Positions 13,201-27,418 of a DNA stretch of 64,000 nucleotides are shown here, piece after piece (the stretch's first letter is position 1; every line of letters starts with the position of its first letter). Source of the DNA: Cycas panzhihuaensis (Eukaryota > Plantae > Cycadophyta); contig CM041465.1 in NCBI GenBank assembly GCA_023213395.1, positions 138,081,741-138,145,740 on the forward strand, written 5' to 3'. The notes under the pieces are model-generated. The model saw nothing but the letters and a program-made list of their open reading frames with translations, searched no databases and had not been told where the DNA came from. The translations under genes were made by a program, and so were the position numbers.

Positions 13201-14745
13201 AGGGAGGGCTATGTTCGGAGGGTCGGGTATGGAGAGCCTTGAGGTCTCGAGATCCCTTCTTCGTGAAGGTTTGCGATGGAAGCTGGGGGACAGCGAAAGC
13301 ATAAGGTTCTAGGAAGATAGATGGTGCGGTCACTTCAAACTTGAGGAGATGCACAATAGTGGGACCATGATGAAAGAGGGGAATGTAGGTGGTTTTGGCC
13401 CTTGGGTTAAGAATTCTTGGGTAGGCAGGAAAGAGCGGAAGTGGAGATCGTTTGAGGAAGTGCTTGGTCTTGAGGAGGCGATACTCGAGGTGAAAAGAGA
13501 TTTTGACAAATAGTATATCCAGAAGAGGACGGGTCAGATCTCTGGTATGGTCCCCATCAAATCTCAGTTCATATACTATTAAAGTGGTTATAATTTGGGA
13601 TGGCGAGAGAGGGTTGGGGCAGGAGCAGCGGGTTAGGCTGGAGTTTGGAAGTTGATTTCCCAAAATTATAGCTTTTGGTGGTTAGGCCTCCAAATAAATT
13701 ACCAACTGGATAATCTATCGAAGAGGGCCTCCATCAGCGGCGGATGTGTGTTGTGTAAGATGGAAGCCAAAACCACGGACCATTTGTGTATTCATTGTCC
13801 TTACTCGGTGGACATACGGAATGGTATTTAGGCGAGGGATGGGGATAACTTGGTTTCCCGCTCTCCACACACTAGGAGGAAGCGATGGTCGGCATGGACA
13901 TCTCCTTCAAAAGCAAATCCTCTCTAGACTTTGGAAGATGATTCTCCCGTAGGTTCATGGTTCATCTGGAAAGAAGCGAAACAGAGGATCTTGAAGGTAA
14001 AGAGAAGGATAATCGGATATTGTTAGTCGAGATCGGAAGGCCATCTCGAAAATGTTGGTTAATCAAAGGATAGGGTCCCCGGAGGAAGAAGATATTATTA
14101 GAGTTGGGTATAGTTCCTGATCGTGACAAGCGAGGAGAAAAGATGTCAAGTGGCATCCAGGATGCCTTGAATAAAGAGATTAACTTTGATGGTGATGCGA
14201 GGAACCCGGGAGGCGGGAGGGAGGCCTGCGGAGATCATGGAGGTAACGAGATGAGCTTCGTGGAATATCTAGGGGTTCGATCGAACCGAGAAGGCGAGGT
14301 TAGCTATCTTGAGACCCACTACTATGTTGGACGAGGAAAATATGCAAGGTTATAATAGAGGGTGATTCGGTGTATGATAAAATGCTTGAGAGGAGGAGAC
14401 CACGGGTGGGAGAACCTGAGATATCTTCAAGGATGTCTAGGATGCTTTGAGTGGCGGAGGGCGGTGAGTTAGATCCAACATACTTATAGGGAAGGTAATT
14501 CGGTAGCAGATTGGCTGGTAAATTGGGCCGTGATGAATAAAAGTTTAAAAGTCTGGAAAGAGGAGTTCCCAGAGGAGTTACTGAGATTGGTCAGGGCAGA
14601 TGCACATATGGGAGAGGTGTCAGTGAAGAGTTAAACTTGGGCTGAACCATGGACTGTCATGAAGTGAGTTTTTCTTAGTAGTATGGCCTTGATGTCTGGG
14701 TTTGGGGACCTAGTTAAAACCCTACAATTTGTTTTACGATAAAAA
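10248..14745 (+). mobile_element. L1-clade LINE 1, 5'-truncated (ORF1 tail + ORF2), inserted in the Copia A1 integrase
   Basis: Perfect 17-bp TSD AAGTATACCACTAAAGT at 10231-10247 and 14746-14762, a short A tail, and a GC-richer composition than the flanks. Confidence 0.93.
10530..14633 (+). pseudogene. LINE 1 ORF2 (APE endonuclease, RT, zf-RVT, C-terminal RNase H), frameshifted as given
   Basis: MKVLSWNITGLN, FTWSN...RLDK, KAPGPDGF, KIDMSK, LRQGDP, HQFIDD, YLGMPL, INFDG...NPG and HTYREGNSVADWL. Confidence 0.9.
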
Positions 14746-16526
14746 AAGTATACCACTAAAGTAGTGAGATGGGTTGCACTATAAAAGCTTTGACATGTTA
14801 CAATCCAAGTATTAAACACTTAAGAGTTTTTGGGTGCATAGTTCATGCACGTATCCTAGAATAAAAGAGGACAAAATTAAATGATAAGAGTACCAAGTGG
14901 ATATTTATAAGATATAGTGATGCTTATAAATCCTATAAACTTTATGATCCAAGAGGCAAAAGAATTATTATGAGTAGGGATGTCATCTTCAAAGAAGATG
15001 AATTCTATTAAGAAGAAGTTATTAAAAAAGACAAAGGTAAAAATATCATGGTTAAAGTAGACTTTAACTCAAGTGGTACAAATGTACCTAATGTAAATAA
15101 AACAAGACCCTCTACTTCAAATCAAAGGGTCTCTAAATGGATATAAAGGGTTCATAACGGCAAAGCGACTTAGACAATAACTTTAAGAGAAGAACTACAA
15201 GATCTAAAAGGATGAACTTTCTATTTATGACTTAAGTTATGGAGTCTAATGAGCCTCATAACTTTGAAGAGGTAAATAATCAAGATGAATAAAAAAAAAT
15301 AATAGAGGAAGAGTATAACACCTTAGTGAAAATAACATATCGAGTTAATAGATTTTCCACCTAATAGGAATGATATTAGAACAAAATAGGTCTATAAGAC
15401 CAAGTATAAATCGAAATATGCCTATTAATAAATATAAGATAAGAAAAGACTATGCTCAAATTGAGTGCATAAATTATAATGAGACATTTACACTTATTGC
15501 AAGGTTAGAAATAGTTAGGTTAATCACAGCCTTAGCTACACAATAATATTAGATAATACATCAAATGGATGTGAAAAGTGCCTTCTTGAATGGCTATATA
15601 GATGAGAAGATTTATTTTCAACAACCCAAGGGGTTTGAAGTTAAAGGAGAAGAAGACAAGGTCTACAAACTTTAAAAGGCCTTATATGGACTCAAGTAAG
15701 CACCTAGAGCATGGTACTTTAGGATTGATAAGTATTTTAAAGATAAAGGATTTCAAAGAAGCTAGCGGACCACGGTTTATATATAAAATGGAAGGAAGCT
15801 TAGTACTAATTATGGGATTATATATGGATATCCACATATATATTAGGAACTATGATTATTTATCCTAAAGTTTAAGAAATATATGTGCAAGAATATGAGA
15901 TGACATAAGCAGGACTTATGCATTACTTCTTAAGCATAGAAGTATGATAGGATAAAAAGGAGATATTTGTTTTCTAAAGGAAATACACATTAGATATATT
16001 GCACAAGTTTAATATTAGTAGTCATAAGCCATTTATAATACCAGTAGAGGTTGGGTTGAAATTGTCCAACTTTGAGGAATTAGAATTAGTTGATCCTACA
16101 CTTTATAGGTAATTAATTGGGAGCTTAATTTACTTGACTTCAAATTGACTAAACATCATGTATGCAATCAATGTAGTTTCTAGATTTATGCATCAAATTA
16201 AGCTAAAACATTGGCAAGTAACTAAAAGGATTCTCAAGTATCTCAGAGGTGCTTTTAGATATAGGTTACATTATAGGTCATCAGGGGATTATAGGTTGAT
16301 TGGCTATATATACTTAGAATGGGTAGGTTGTATAGATGAAAGGAAATCTACTTCAGGATATATATTAAGTTTGGGTTTAGCAACAATAACATAGAGTTCA
16401 AAGTAGTAATTAATAATATCTATTTCTACTATAATAACATAGTATAAAGCAACTATAATAGGAGTTTGTGAGATAGTTTAGCTTAGAAGATTCTTCAAGA
16501 TTTATAGGAAAAATAGGTTGGTCCCC

Positions 16527-16912
16527 TATGACGGGGTTAATGTTCCTCACCTAACTCCCACCTTAGAAACATGTGAGTGCACACTTCTTTATGGTAAATA
16601 AGGCAAGATTATTTTATTGTGCATTATTATTATTTTATATTATTTTAAATTGGAAGCTGAGGACATTTCCCTCCTTTCTCAAAAGTATATATCTTATGGC
16701 GTTCTAAACCCTAATATTCATCAACACCACCAACTATTGGAAATCTACTGTATTCTCTTCACAATGGGTTAATACAATGCTACTTCACAAGTGTACTTTG
16801 AATATGGCTTGAGTTACATGATTTCACCTGCTACTTTGAGTAATTCTAACATGTTATTAGAGTTGTGATCAAATTCCAATATGGTATCAGAGTACTTTGG
16901 TAAATTCTAACA
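16527..16912 (+). mobile_element. Solo-LTR-like insertion (386 bp) in the Copia A1 RNase H
   Basis: Begins TATGACG (probably TG>TA) and ends CTAACA. Flanked by TCCCC/TCCCA, and the RH frame resumes after it. Shares TTCATCAACACCACCA with the A-family LTRs. Confidence 0.7.
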
Positions 16913-17167
16913 TCCCATAGTTACTTTATAATAATTAAAGCACCATTTAGATGATTAGAAATCTAATGTTTCATGTTAGGACAAAGCACCTTAAAACACA
17001 ATATCACTTCATCAAAGAGATGGTATAACAAGGTGAATTAAAATTGGTTTATTGCAATACTGAAGAACATATGACAAACATATTCATAAAGGTACTTGGT
17101 AAAATAACGTTTATTAAATTTAGAGATAAACTTGGAATTTTCCCAAATAGGCATTATGGGGGAGAAA

Positions 17168-17451
17168 TGATTGAATAATGCCCATATCAGGATATGTATC
17201 CTCCTTGGGGAAATTACCACAATGGGATTATAACTTAGATCGATGGAGATATTATTGTGGCAGCACGTCAGGTGTTTATCAATGGAAATCGGCAATAGAC
17301 CTTAAGAGATATGCTAAATCTCTCTTGGTCTCACTTATTTATTTAAGGGGTCTAAAGACCCTAGTGTTTATCAACACTACTATTCTTATGGAATGTTGGT
17401 AGTGCCCTCTCTTGCATTTTATTCTACTCCTTTTCTCTCTTGATTCCATCA
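17168..17451 (+). repeat. 3' LTR of Copia A1
   Basis: Follows the PPT and aligns to 5708-5992. Confidence 0.93.
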
Positions 17452-20400
17452 ATACACATTATATATTACTAATAGATTTATTTTTTACTGTAATATTATG
17501 TTAAAATATTATTTTTTATGGTTATTGATATAATATTGATATAGTGATGATTGATTAATGTGAAAGGTTCTCTAATACATAATCTGATAAATTGATGTAA
17601 TAATGAAATATAATTAGATGATGATATGATGAAACTTCTATATAAGGGTAACACATATTAAAAAGAAAATTAGATCACCTCCTCCTCCTTATATGGATAA
17701 GATGACTTACCATGTGGATCATTGATTATTTTTTCTTAGTATAAGATCTCATATATATTTAGAGGTCATTTTTTCATTTATGGGTTTTTACGCTAAACAT
17801 AGTATCACATGTGGTGTTTGTATAATTGACCCTTTTTTCTTAGCCTTATTCATTTATTGTGTTTATTATATGCTTAATTGATCATACAATTATATTTTCT
17901 TTTGCTTGATTATAGCCTTCTACATAAGTTATTTTAGAAAATTTAAATGGTATTAGAGCTAATATAAAGTACAGGGCACATGTAAAGATCCTATTAAGAT
18001 GTTAAATCAGAGTTGCATAATAGAAGTAAAAAGCAAGCTAACTAGTAAAATGTTAAAGTCTATACATACATGGTGATGATCTTTATCATCTGGGGATGAT
18101 CCACGCATGTATTATGAGAGCCAATACTAAACCAAAAGTGAGTGAGTATCATAATCCAATATCAAACTAATTTGATAAGTAAAAAACTAAGATATAATGA
18201 GGAGATGTGACTATATATTAATGGTAAGATAAAAGTGTTAAAGTTATGAAAATAGTAAAAACTTGATTATTTCATTGATATGGACAATTATTTATGTACG
18301 TAGACCTATACTCTAGATATATAAAATTTTATCAAGTTAATAATAATATGGAGAAGATTCTACACTACTTAAAAACACCAAAACATGCCTACATAACCTA
18401 TTAAATTGAGAGAGAGTCGATACAAGAGACATGTCTAACTGTAGATATAGTGTTTGAAATTGATTTAGTCTTGTGGATATTGTTGCAAGCATTCAAATGG
18501 GGATTCACTACCACATCAAGCCATTTCCTTGGTATCTTAATGTGATTATTCCCTATTGAATTTGTTACATTATGAGATTAATGTAGTGTTGATAGGTACG
18601 GAGTAAGAAATTAAGTATTTGAGTCTTATATTAATATGTTGAATTTATTATTGTTGTTTTTGTATTATTGAGTTGCTTACAAAAATTACTATGAGGGGGC
18701 ATTATTCAATATGTTTAAGGAGACAAATTTGATACTAGGGTTTGAGGTGACTAGTAGTGATGTTATGAGTGTTTGAAATGTTTAGTGCATGATGGGTAAC
18801 AATTATTATTCATTTATATTTGCTTATACTATTGAGCACATAATCTTTTCATTGGTCCTAGTATATGGGCACATAGATATTATGAAGATATTATAGGTTG
18901 TAGAATATTATTGAGCATCACAATAGACATCATAAATAAAGGTCATAATAATCATAAATAAGGGTCATTTATGTAAGGTTATAAACTAAATAAGGATGCT
19001 TATTAATAAAGTTTTGGGTAGAGAATATATATATCATTTTGTATTGATCTAATTTATCATGATGGTCTCATGAGAGATCTCCTTAAGCGGAGTTTAGAAA
19101 TCTAGTGAAATCATCAGAGTTTAAAATTTAGCTAATGAGTATTATCAACATGCACATTAAAGAAATAAATAGATAAAGTCCTATTAAGGTAAGTATTTTT
19201 TCAATCTATTATTTGAGGTTGCCTAACAAAAATGAAGTTTCCCAATGCCATTAGTTCGAATTTGCCATACAAGTTTAAAAGGTGAATCTACAAGCATTGC
19301 ATCCAAAAATGCATATGCCCATAGGTTTGTAACCTAACACATAGAAAATTTACTCACATATCACTTTGAAACACTCATGGCAGAAATTACATGGAGCTCA
19401 ACTAAAAATACTCACACCCATAAAAGAAATCAACACAAATTCACCACCTATTGTTCCTCCATAATTGTAAATGCATAAATGTTTTCATATGACATTAATT
19501 ATATAAAGAGAACTATAGAGATATTGCCGAAAAAATTGTCATAGAGAAATCCTAAATGACAACGTAATAATATGATATAAAATTTATTTTTTATAATGTT
19601 TTGATGATATTTCATAAAATTGGATATTTGTGTGAAGTCCACCCAAGTCCCCTTCAAAAACCCATATGGTCACATGGAATGAATAACACGACCACAAGTG
19701 AAATGATGAAGGTGCTTAACATCATTTGTTGATATGTTTCAATTTTTATATGACATACTACTTTTCATTGCATAACTTCTTCACACGAAACCAAATTTGA
19801 GTGCTATCAATTGCATTGGAAAGAAGATTTAGTCAAAATCACAACAAATAATTGCAAGGTATATTTTGGAGATCACATCATGGAAATTTTAATAGGTAAA
19901 GTTGAGCAAGTTATTTTTTGCATACTAAAAGGTTAATTTTTTGAATAGTTTGAGATATGATTTAGCATTTTTTTTAATGATTTTAAAAGCTCACGAGTAT
20001 GTAATGATGAAAATAAAAGTGTAATGATAGATTTAGATATATTTTTTATTGAAAAGTTGTAAAAAGTGACACATTAAGACTCATTTATGATATATTAGAG
20101 GTTAAAATTTAAAAAAATTTCATTATGAAGCATGCGAGAACTTGAAATAACGATAACAAATACATCTTGGGCTTGATATTGATCCCATAAATGAAATGAC
20201 GCATGGTTGATGGAATAATGACTAATCACTTTGTTTAATACATGATTGCATAAAAGACAATAAGCACTTATTAGTTTATTTAAATGAATTAAATGATGAG
20301 AAAAGGATAAAGGACACCACTTGGTTATTTGAGAGAACTTGGAAGTTTGATTATTGATTGAGAAAAGTTGTTTGGTTGAGTTGTAATTAAGTTTTCCACT

Positions 20401-21149
20401 TGATATAATATGTTGAGGAGTCTTGCAAGCTTGTTTGTTTAAGAAATTGATAATAATAAATGCAAATTATTTATAAAACTAGGTTCAAATATTGAGCAAT
20501 CCAACTAATATATGTTTTTACAATTAGAAGTCTTATCATCCCATATGATAAGAGATATGGAAATACATTGTACATATTACCTTATTACAGTTAGCTTGAT
20601 AGGCCAGGTGGTATGACCCATTCCTAGAGTTGGTTGTTTTAAGAAAAGTTGTTTGAGTGATTTATTATCAAATAAAGCTATATAGGGTTAAGTTTTTTTA
20701 TATCTCATAAGCAAAATGTGAGAAAATATTCATGAATTACTCTTATTGCAATATATTTCACTAACTATAATATGTTATATTTATTTTTGTAAAGCTAATG
20801 AACCATATATAAGAAATGCTTCTTAGATAACTAATGATTGTAGTAGTTAATTGCCCATCTATTTTAGTAGATGGTTGTTATTTTATATGAATATTAGTTT
20901 TTAGTTTTATTAGTGAGTTTATTTTATAGCTTACGAGTGGAAGATAAAAAATTATTAAGATAAAAGTTTAGATATTATGATAAGTTAAGAGTCATGCTTA
21001 TTTGATTATTAGTTTACAGATGGTAGTGTGATATATTTTTATGATATGAGATGTAATTTACTTGTAGTAGATAAGTTTGGGAAAAAGAGGTTTGATAATT
21101 GATGCTTATAGGTAATATAAATATATAAATGAGCAAATGATCTAGCATG

Positions 21150-24100
21150 TGTTGGAATAATGTCTATTGGAGCTTATATTCACCTAGGATTTGTTACCCA
21201 TATTGGAGAGATAACCAAGATATTAATAGAGATATTATTGTGACTCTTTGTTAGAGCCTAGCCATACATAACTGCACCTTATCAGATATTGGCATCATCC
21301 ATTCTGATATTTACCAATGCTAGTCAATGGTAAATATTGAGCGGTGTGCCACATCTTACTCATATCCCATCTATTTAGCTATGGGGTTCAAACACCTTGG
21401 TGTTCATCAACACTATCATTCTATCATATTATTGATTTTCTCTCTTCTACATTCTCCATGCTCCCTCTATCCCATAATTCCATCATTTGGTATCAGAGCT
21501 TAGTTTAAGAATTTAATACATAGTTTGAGCATTTGAATACTGTCTTCCTTATTATAGAAGCGATTGTTTAGAGCCAACATTTAGAGTTATTGTTTAGAGA
21601 ACTAGTCATGTTCAAAAAAGTCATCTATAGAGGAGTCTTATGAGAAATATCTCTGCTCCCATTCAGTATCTCTCTTATTCTACAGAGTCTCTTTTTTAAT
21701 ACTCGCATCTTATTTATTTTATTTTGAAGCATTTACCTTAGTCAGTGATATTGCATAACACTATATCATGTTTATGAGAACTATATATCATTTACCTATC
21801 CCTCATTTGGTAGGTGTATTAGAGTTGCCTTGTATCATTTCTCTCGTCTATTTTTTAGGGAATGTTATAATACATGAATGGAGTATTGATCATCTAAAAT
21901 AGATACATCTAGATAATGCTTCTCTCAAGCAATTATAAAGTAATAAGAGAAGCATTAACAACACCAAGATAAGGATTCTACACTCTTCTTTCAGTACACA
22001 ACATTTTAGAAAATATTAAACTCTTCTTTGAGCAGTTTTACCTCCCTATGCATTCTCTGCATAGTGTATTTTTCTATTAGAAGCCTATTGATATTTTTCT
22101 ATTAGAAGCTTGTTGATCTTTATGTGATAGTCTATTGGCTTGTTTACATCCCATCTCATTTAAAATTTGCCCATTTATGTTGATTGAAAGTCTAGAGTCT
22201 ATGATTGTTTATGCCTATCCATTCTTGGGTAAACTAAAATCTACATTTGAATCTATGCATATTAGAATATAAAGATAATATATGTGAAGAACCATCTTGA
22301 TATTTTAAATTTAATAATCTTTGAAGAACAAGAGAAAAGAAAGATAGTGATCTTATTGAAAGTGAAAGTGTAACCTTGATCTATTAGTCATTTGCATCCA
22401 GCTATATATGTCTTAACACAACCTTTCTTGCATTCACCCTACATGTCTCCTTTTGTCTTCCAACTACGTATCTGCGACTTTCTCTTCACTGACAATTGCA
22501 CACTCACTACATAGTTGTTTAAGTATTATATTTTTCAATATTTTCAAAACATAGAAATACTTTAAGTCTGTCTGACTATTTATACATTTACAACTCCCTT
22601 CATTTCATTGTGACTTCCATATCATGCAATGATTAATGTTTTTTTTGCATTGCCTTTTTTCTTTACGGTTGGAATAATTTTATTTGTGGATATTTTATGC
22701 ATTTAAATATTTATCAAATATCGATATTTGTGCCTCGTTGGTGGATAGATCTAACCACAAGCAGATAGATTTATGTAAATACTTTTTTCAATACAATCAA
22801 TTAATGCTTTGTAATACTTTGGTGTCTCATTTTATGGCTGAATATATTTATAAAAGTTAATTATTGAATTTGATATACAACTAGATGTTTTTAATATGGC
22901 AATTGCATTACCTTTCAACCAATTTAGCTGTATAGTCTCCAACATATTGATGTGGGGTTGTTCAAATGTTTTTTTTGAAATATTTACATTTCATTGCATC
23001 ACAATATTTACGTTAGACATCTCATATCAACTGAAGACCATATTATTTGCATACATTTCATATCAACTAAAAAGCACATTGTCAACTGAAAAGCACATTG
23101 TTTGCACCCTTATTCTTTCAATAGGATATTTTAATACATTTATTTAATCATTGATTATTATCATAAATTATATACCTATATACATTTGATGATTGTATTC
23201 TAAATCTTTTGAAGCCTTAAAGTCTCATAACCCCTTTATTGAATAGCCAACAGATCATATGTAACATTTAAAGTGACCAAGAATCATTTTTTAAAGGCGG
23301 CCAAGTCAAAATTTCAAAGTTGTTATTCAAAGATAGGACTTGTCTCTACTCCAATGGTCACAACTTTTACCAACTTAGTCAAAAGTTGGTTTTGTTAACT
23401 TTAGGTCAGAGTTCATTTTCACCTAATTGAAACAGGTGGTCATATGACCATATTTCGTTTCAATTTGATGTACTTTTTGATGAGTTAAGTTGATGGAAAT
23501 TTTATTTGAACCTTTAATGTTAAAATGCTAATTTTTTATAAAACATTTTAATGCATATCTTGAATGTCTAGTATTAGAATTGAGTTTGATTTGAAATATT
23601 GGACTTTATATTTTATCCTCTATTGAGTGGTAAAGACTTGAAGTTTTTTTTAAGTCATCTTATATAATATTCTTTTGCTCAAAAGTGGCGCTAGTGAAGG
23701 GCTTCCTGTGTAATAACCATTATATGAACTAGTCAAATTTTAAGTTGTAAGCTCTCAATAATATAAAATATTACATTTTAAGTAGTTAGAGTCCTAATTG
23801 GGATATGTGTCTAAGTCTCAAAGATGAAATGGGATATATCTTGTGGTTTTTAAATTCATCTTTCATTTCTTTTTAGTGCTTTGATTATACTTTACTTTAA
23901 GCACTTTTATATTTTAAAAATATTACTTTTCATGGTAAATTTTTTTACTATGGCATTGAATATTGGAAATATAATGGTGCTTAAGTTTTATAGCACATAT
24001 TTTCTTAACTAGAGTAGGCGAATAAAGCCTATCTTTATTGTTAAATACATATGGAAACTTGTTGATACATATTACAGATCAATTGATAAAGATACCACAA

Positions 24101-27100
24101 GGGATGAGAATAAATATTTCAAGGAATATGAAAAGAAGGACAATGAGGCACTTATACTTATCTTCTATACATTGGAAGATGATATCTTCCTTAGAGTTAG
24201 TGAAGCTACAACATCAAAGGAGGCTTGAGATGCACTTAAGGTGACTTATGAAGGAGCTAGATTATCTAAACTTCAAACCTTAAGAAGTAGATTTGAAAAT
24301 CTAAGAATGATAACTCATGAAGAAGTTAATGAGTTTATTACTAAGGTCTAAGGCTTAGTTAACCTAATGAGATCATTAGATAAAATGATTAGTAAATAAA
24401 GAGTTGTTAAAAAAATCCTAAGATGTGTAGGAGATATCAAGAGGTTTAAAATGGTAGTTACCAATATAGAAGTGTTTAGGAATATTAGCACACTTAAAAT
24501 AGATCAACTAAGTGTTATGCTTCTAGCAATTAAAGAAACGAAAGGGGGAAATGAATCCCTTGAACATGTCTTTTCCACTAAGGTGAAGATTAGGCATAAT
24601 TACCAAGGATAAAGTTCTAGTGGTGGAGGTTAATCCTCTAGAGGTAGAGACCAACTAAGAAACTAGTTTCAAAGATAAGATCAAGGTTTCCAAGCTTATT
24701 ATCAAGGTTATCAAATACAAGAATAAAGTAGCTATCAAGGACAAGCCCTAAATCAAAATTTTCAAGGGTAAAATTAATACCAAGGTCAAAGGTACTTTTA
24801 AGGCCAAGGAAAAGGCCAAAATTATGGACCTCAAGGAAGAGGAAGAGGTCAATGTCCTAGGGGGAGAAATCAAACTCAAAGAGATAAAGGAACCATTCAA
24901 TGTTCCTACTACTACAAGAATGGTTACTTAGAGGAAAACTATTTTACTAAATGGTCAAGTACACAAAAGAGAACAACTAATACAAGTGTGGAAGAAAGAC
25001 ATAATAATAGATTATTTCTTTCAAGCCTAATTGTCAATGAAGAAGAAGATTGTTAATATATTGATTTAAGATGTACCACACATATGACACACAAAAAAGT
25101 GGTTTAAGGAGTTAGATAACTCCTAGAAAAGTAAAATTATGTTTGGAGACAACACCATTCAGGTAGTTATTAGAAAAAGAAATATCTCCATTATAACTAA
25201 TTTTGGAGAAATTACAAGTATAAATGATCTCTCATATATTCCATCTTTTAAGAAGAATTTACTTTTAGTGGGTCAGATGATGTTGTAGCAATATAAAGTG
25301 GTCTATGATAATGGCAAATACAACATCAAGGATAAATCAAGGAATAAGGCAATTATAGCCAAAGGTCAAATGAATAGTGATAGGTTATTTAAAGCAGTCA
25401 TACCCCCAATAGGTTGCTATGCATTAAAGACATCATCAAATGTGGATAATGATAAATAACACAAAAGACTTGGTCATGTAAATTTCAATAGTTTGGCCTT
25501 AATCAAAAGAATGAATATGGTGATTGGACTTCTTACTATTGAACCTAACAAAGAACTTTATGAAGGTTACATATTTGGAAAGTAGCAAAGGGAAAGTTTT
25601 TCTAATGAAAGTTGTAGGGCCAATGAGTCCTTTCAATTGATTTATATAGATTTATATGGTCCCATAGATGTGCCCTCACTTGGACGAGCTAAGTACTTTA
25701 TAACTTTTATTGATAATTTTACAAAGATGACATAGGTCTACTTAATCAAATTTAAATTAGATGCTCTATAATGCTTCTATGGACTTCAAAACTTTTGTGG
25801 AAAGATAGTAGATTTAGAATTCTTCCCTAAGATCAGATAATAGGGGAGGCAAAGTGGATTTATAATTCTTATCCTAAGATCATATAATAGGGGAGAATTC
25901 ATTTAAAATGAGTTTAAGGCTTACTGAAATTATTATGGCATAAGAAAATAACTCACTAATTCTTGTACACCATAGTAAAATGGGGTTGCTAAAAGAAAGA
26001 ATAGAACAATTGTCGAAATAGTAAGAAGTATGCTTAAATATAAGTACCTTAGAAATGAATTTTAGGTAGAATCTATATACACAACTACTTAGATATTGAA
26101 TAAATGTGTTGCTAAGGTAATTACATGGGTCATGCTAGAAGAAGCTTAGACAGGTCATAAGCCAAGCATAAAATACTTAAGGATTTTTGGATGCATAACT
26201 TATGCACATGTTCTAAACCAAAGAAGAACTAAGTTAGATGATAAAGGCATCAAATGCATTTTTATAGGATATAGTGACTCATCTAGATCCTATAAACTCT
26301 ATGATCCAAAAGGTAAAAAGGTAATTGTAAGTAGGGATGCCATCTTTAAAAAAGATGAATTTTATTGAGATTAAGTTATTGAAAAAAAGATAAAGGAAAA
26401 TACAATCAATTTCTAAGGATACAAATGTAGCTAATCCAAATGAAATAAGACCCTCTACATCAAATCAAAAGGTCCCTAAGTAGGTATAAAGGGTACATGA
26501 CCCTTTGAGCATTTTGGACACCAACTTTGAGAGAAGAACTACTAGGTCTGAAAGGATGAATTTTGCATTGATGACTCAAGTTATGGAGTCCAATGAGGCT
26601 CATAACTTTGAAGAGGCTAGTATATAGGATGAGTGGAAGGGAGCTATGAAATATGAATATAATGCCTTAGTAAAAAATAATACATGGGAGTTAGTGGATC
26701 TACTACCAAATAAGAATATAATTAGAACTAAATGGGTCTGTAAGACCAAGTATAAATCATATGGAATTATTGATAAGTATAAAATAAGATTAGTACATGA
26801 TTTGTAAGAAGAACATGTTAGTCCCGCTCATATAGTTTGTGATAATCAAAGCACAATTTAGATAACTTAGAATCTAGTGTTTTATGGCAAGATCAAGCAC
26901 ATTAAAATGCAATATCACTTTATTAGAGAATTGGTGTAGTAAGGCAAACTTGAATTGGTCTATTGTAGCATAGAAGAAAAGATCAAGTGACAAACATATT
27001 CACTAAGGCACTTGGTAAGATAAAATTTATTAAATTTAGAGATAAAATTAGAGTCTCTTTAAATAGACATCATAGGGGATAAATATTAGAATAATGCCCA

Positions 27101-27418
27101 TTAGGGCTTGTATCCACCTAAGGTTTGTTACCCATATTGGAGAGATAAATAATATATTAATGGAGATATTATTACGACTCTTTATCAAACCCTAGCTGCA
27201 CATAGTCGTATATTATCAGATATTAGCGACATCCATACTAGTGTTTGTCAATGCCAATCGGTGGTGGATGTTGAGTGGCATACCACATCCTACTCACATC
27301 CTACCTATTTATTTATGGGGTTTGAAGACCCTGGTATTTATCAATACTACCATTCTATTAGATTATTAATTATTCTCTCATTTATTCTCCATGCTTCCTC
27401 TATCCCCTGATTCCATTA
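21150..27418 (+). mobile_element. Ty1/Copia element A2, same lineage as A1, with an internal RT-RH deletion
   Basis: LTRs at 21150-21485 and 27084-27418, PBS TGGTATCAGAGC at 21488-21499, PPT AGGGGATAAA. TSD is degenerate (GCATG/TTATG). Gag-pol is colinear with A1. Confidence 0.9.
23950..27070 (+). pseudogene. Copia A2 gag-pol remnant
   Basis: MALNIGNIMVLKF start, KLQTLRSRFENL, integrase NGVAKRKNRT, RT start NNTWELVDL...KWVCKTK joined directly to the RH segment CDNQSTI...KHIKMQYHFIRE. Confidence 0.88.

Larger units (their letters stand above)
8177..17150 (+). pseudogene. Copia A1 gag-pol remnant, interrupted by a LINE and a solo LTR
   Basis: MASSISNVMVLKFNGTNFLNWSRRMKS start, decayed zinc knuckle (~9100), protease DLGCS (~9260), RT HQMDVKSAFLNG (~15560), RH DERKSTSGY (~16335). 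Many stops and frameshifts. Confidence 0.9.
5708..17451 (+). mobile_element. Ty1/Copia element A1, full length but decayed
   Basis: Paired LTRs at 5708-5992 and 17168-17451 (TG..CA), PBS TGGTATCAAAGC at 5995-6006, PPT GGGGGAGAAA at 17158-17167, TSD ATAGA/ATACA. Domain order is gag-PR-INT-RT-RH. Confidence 0.93.
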
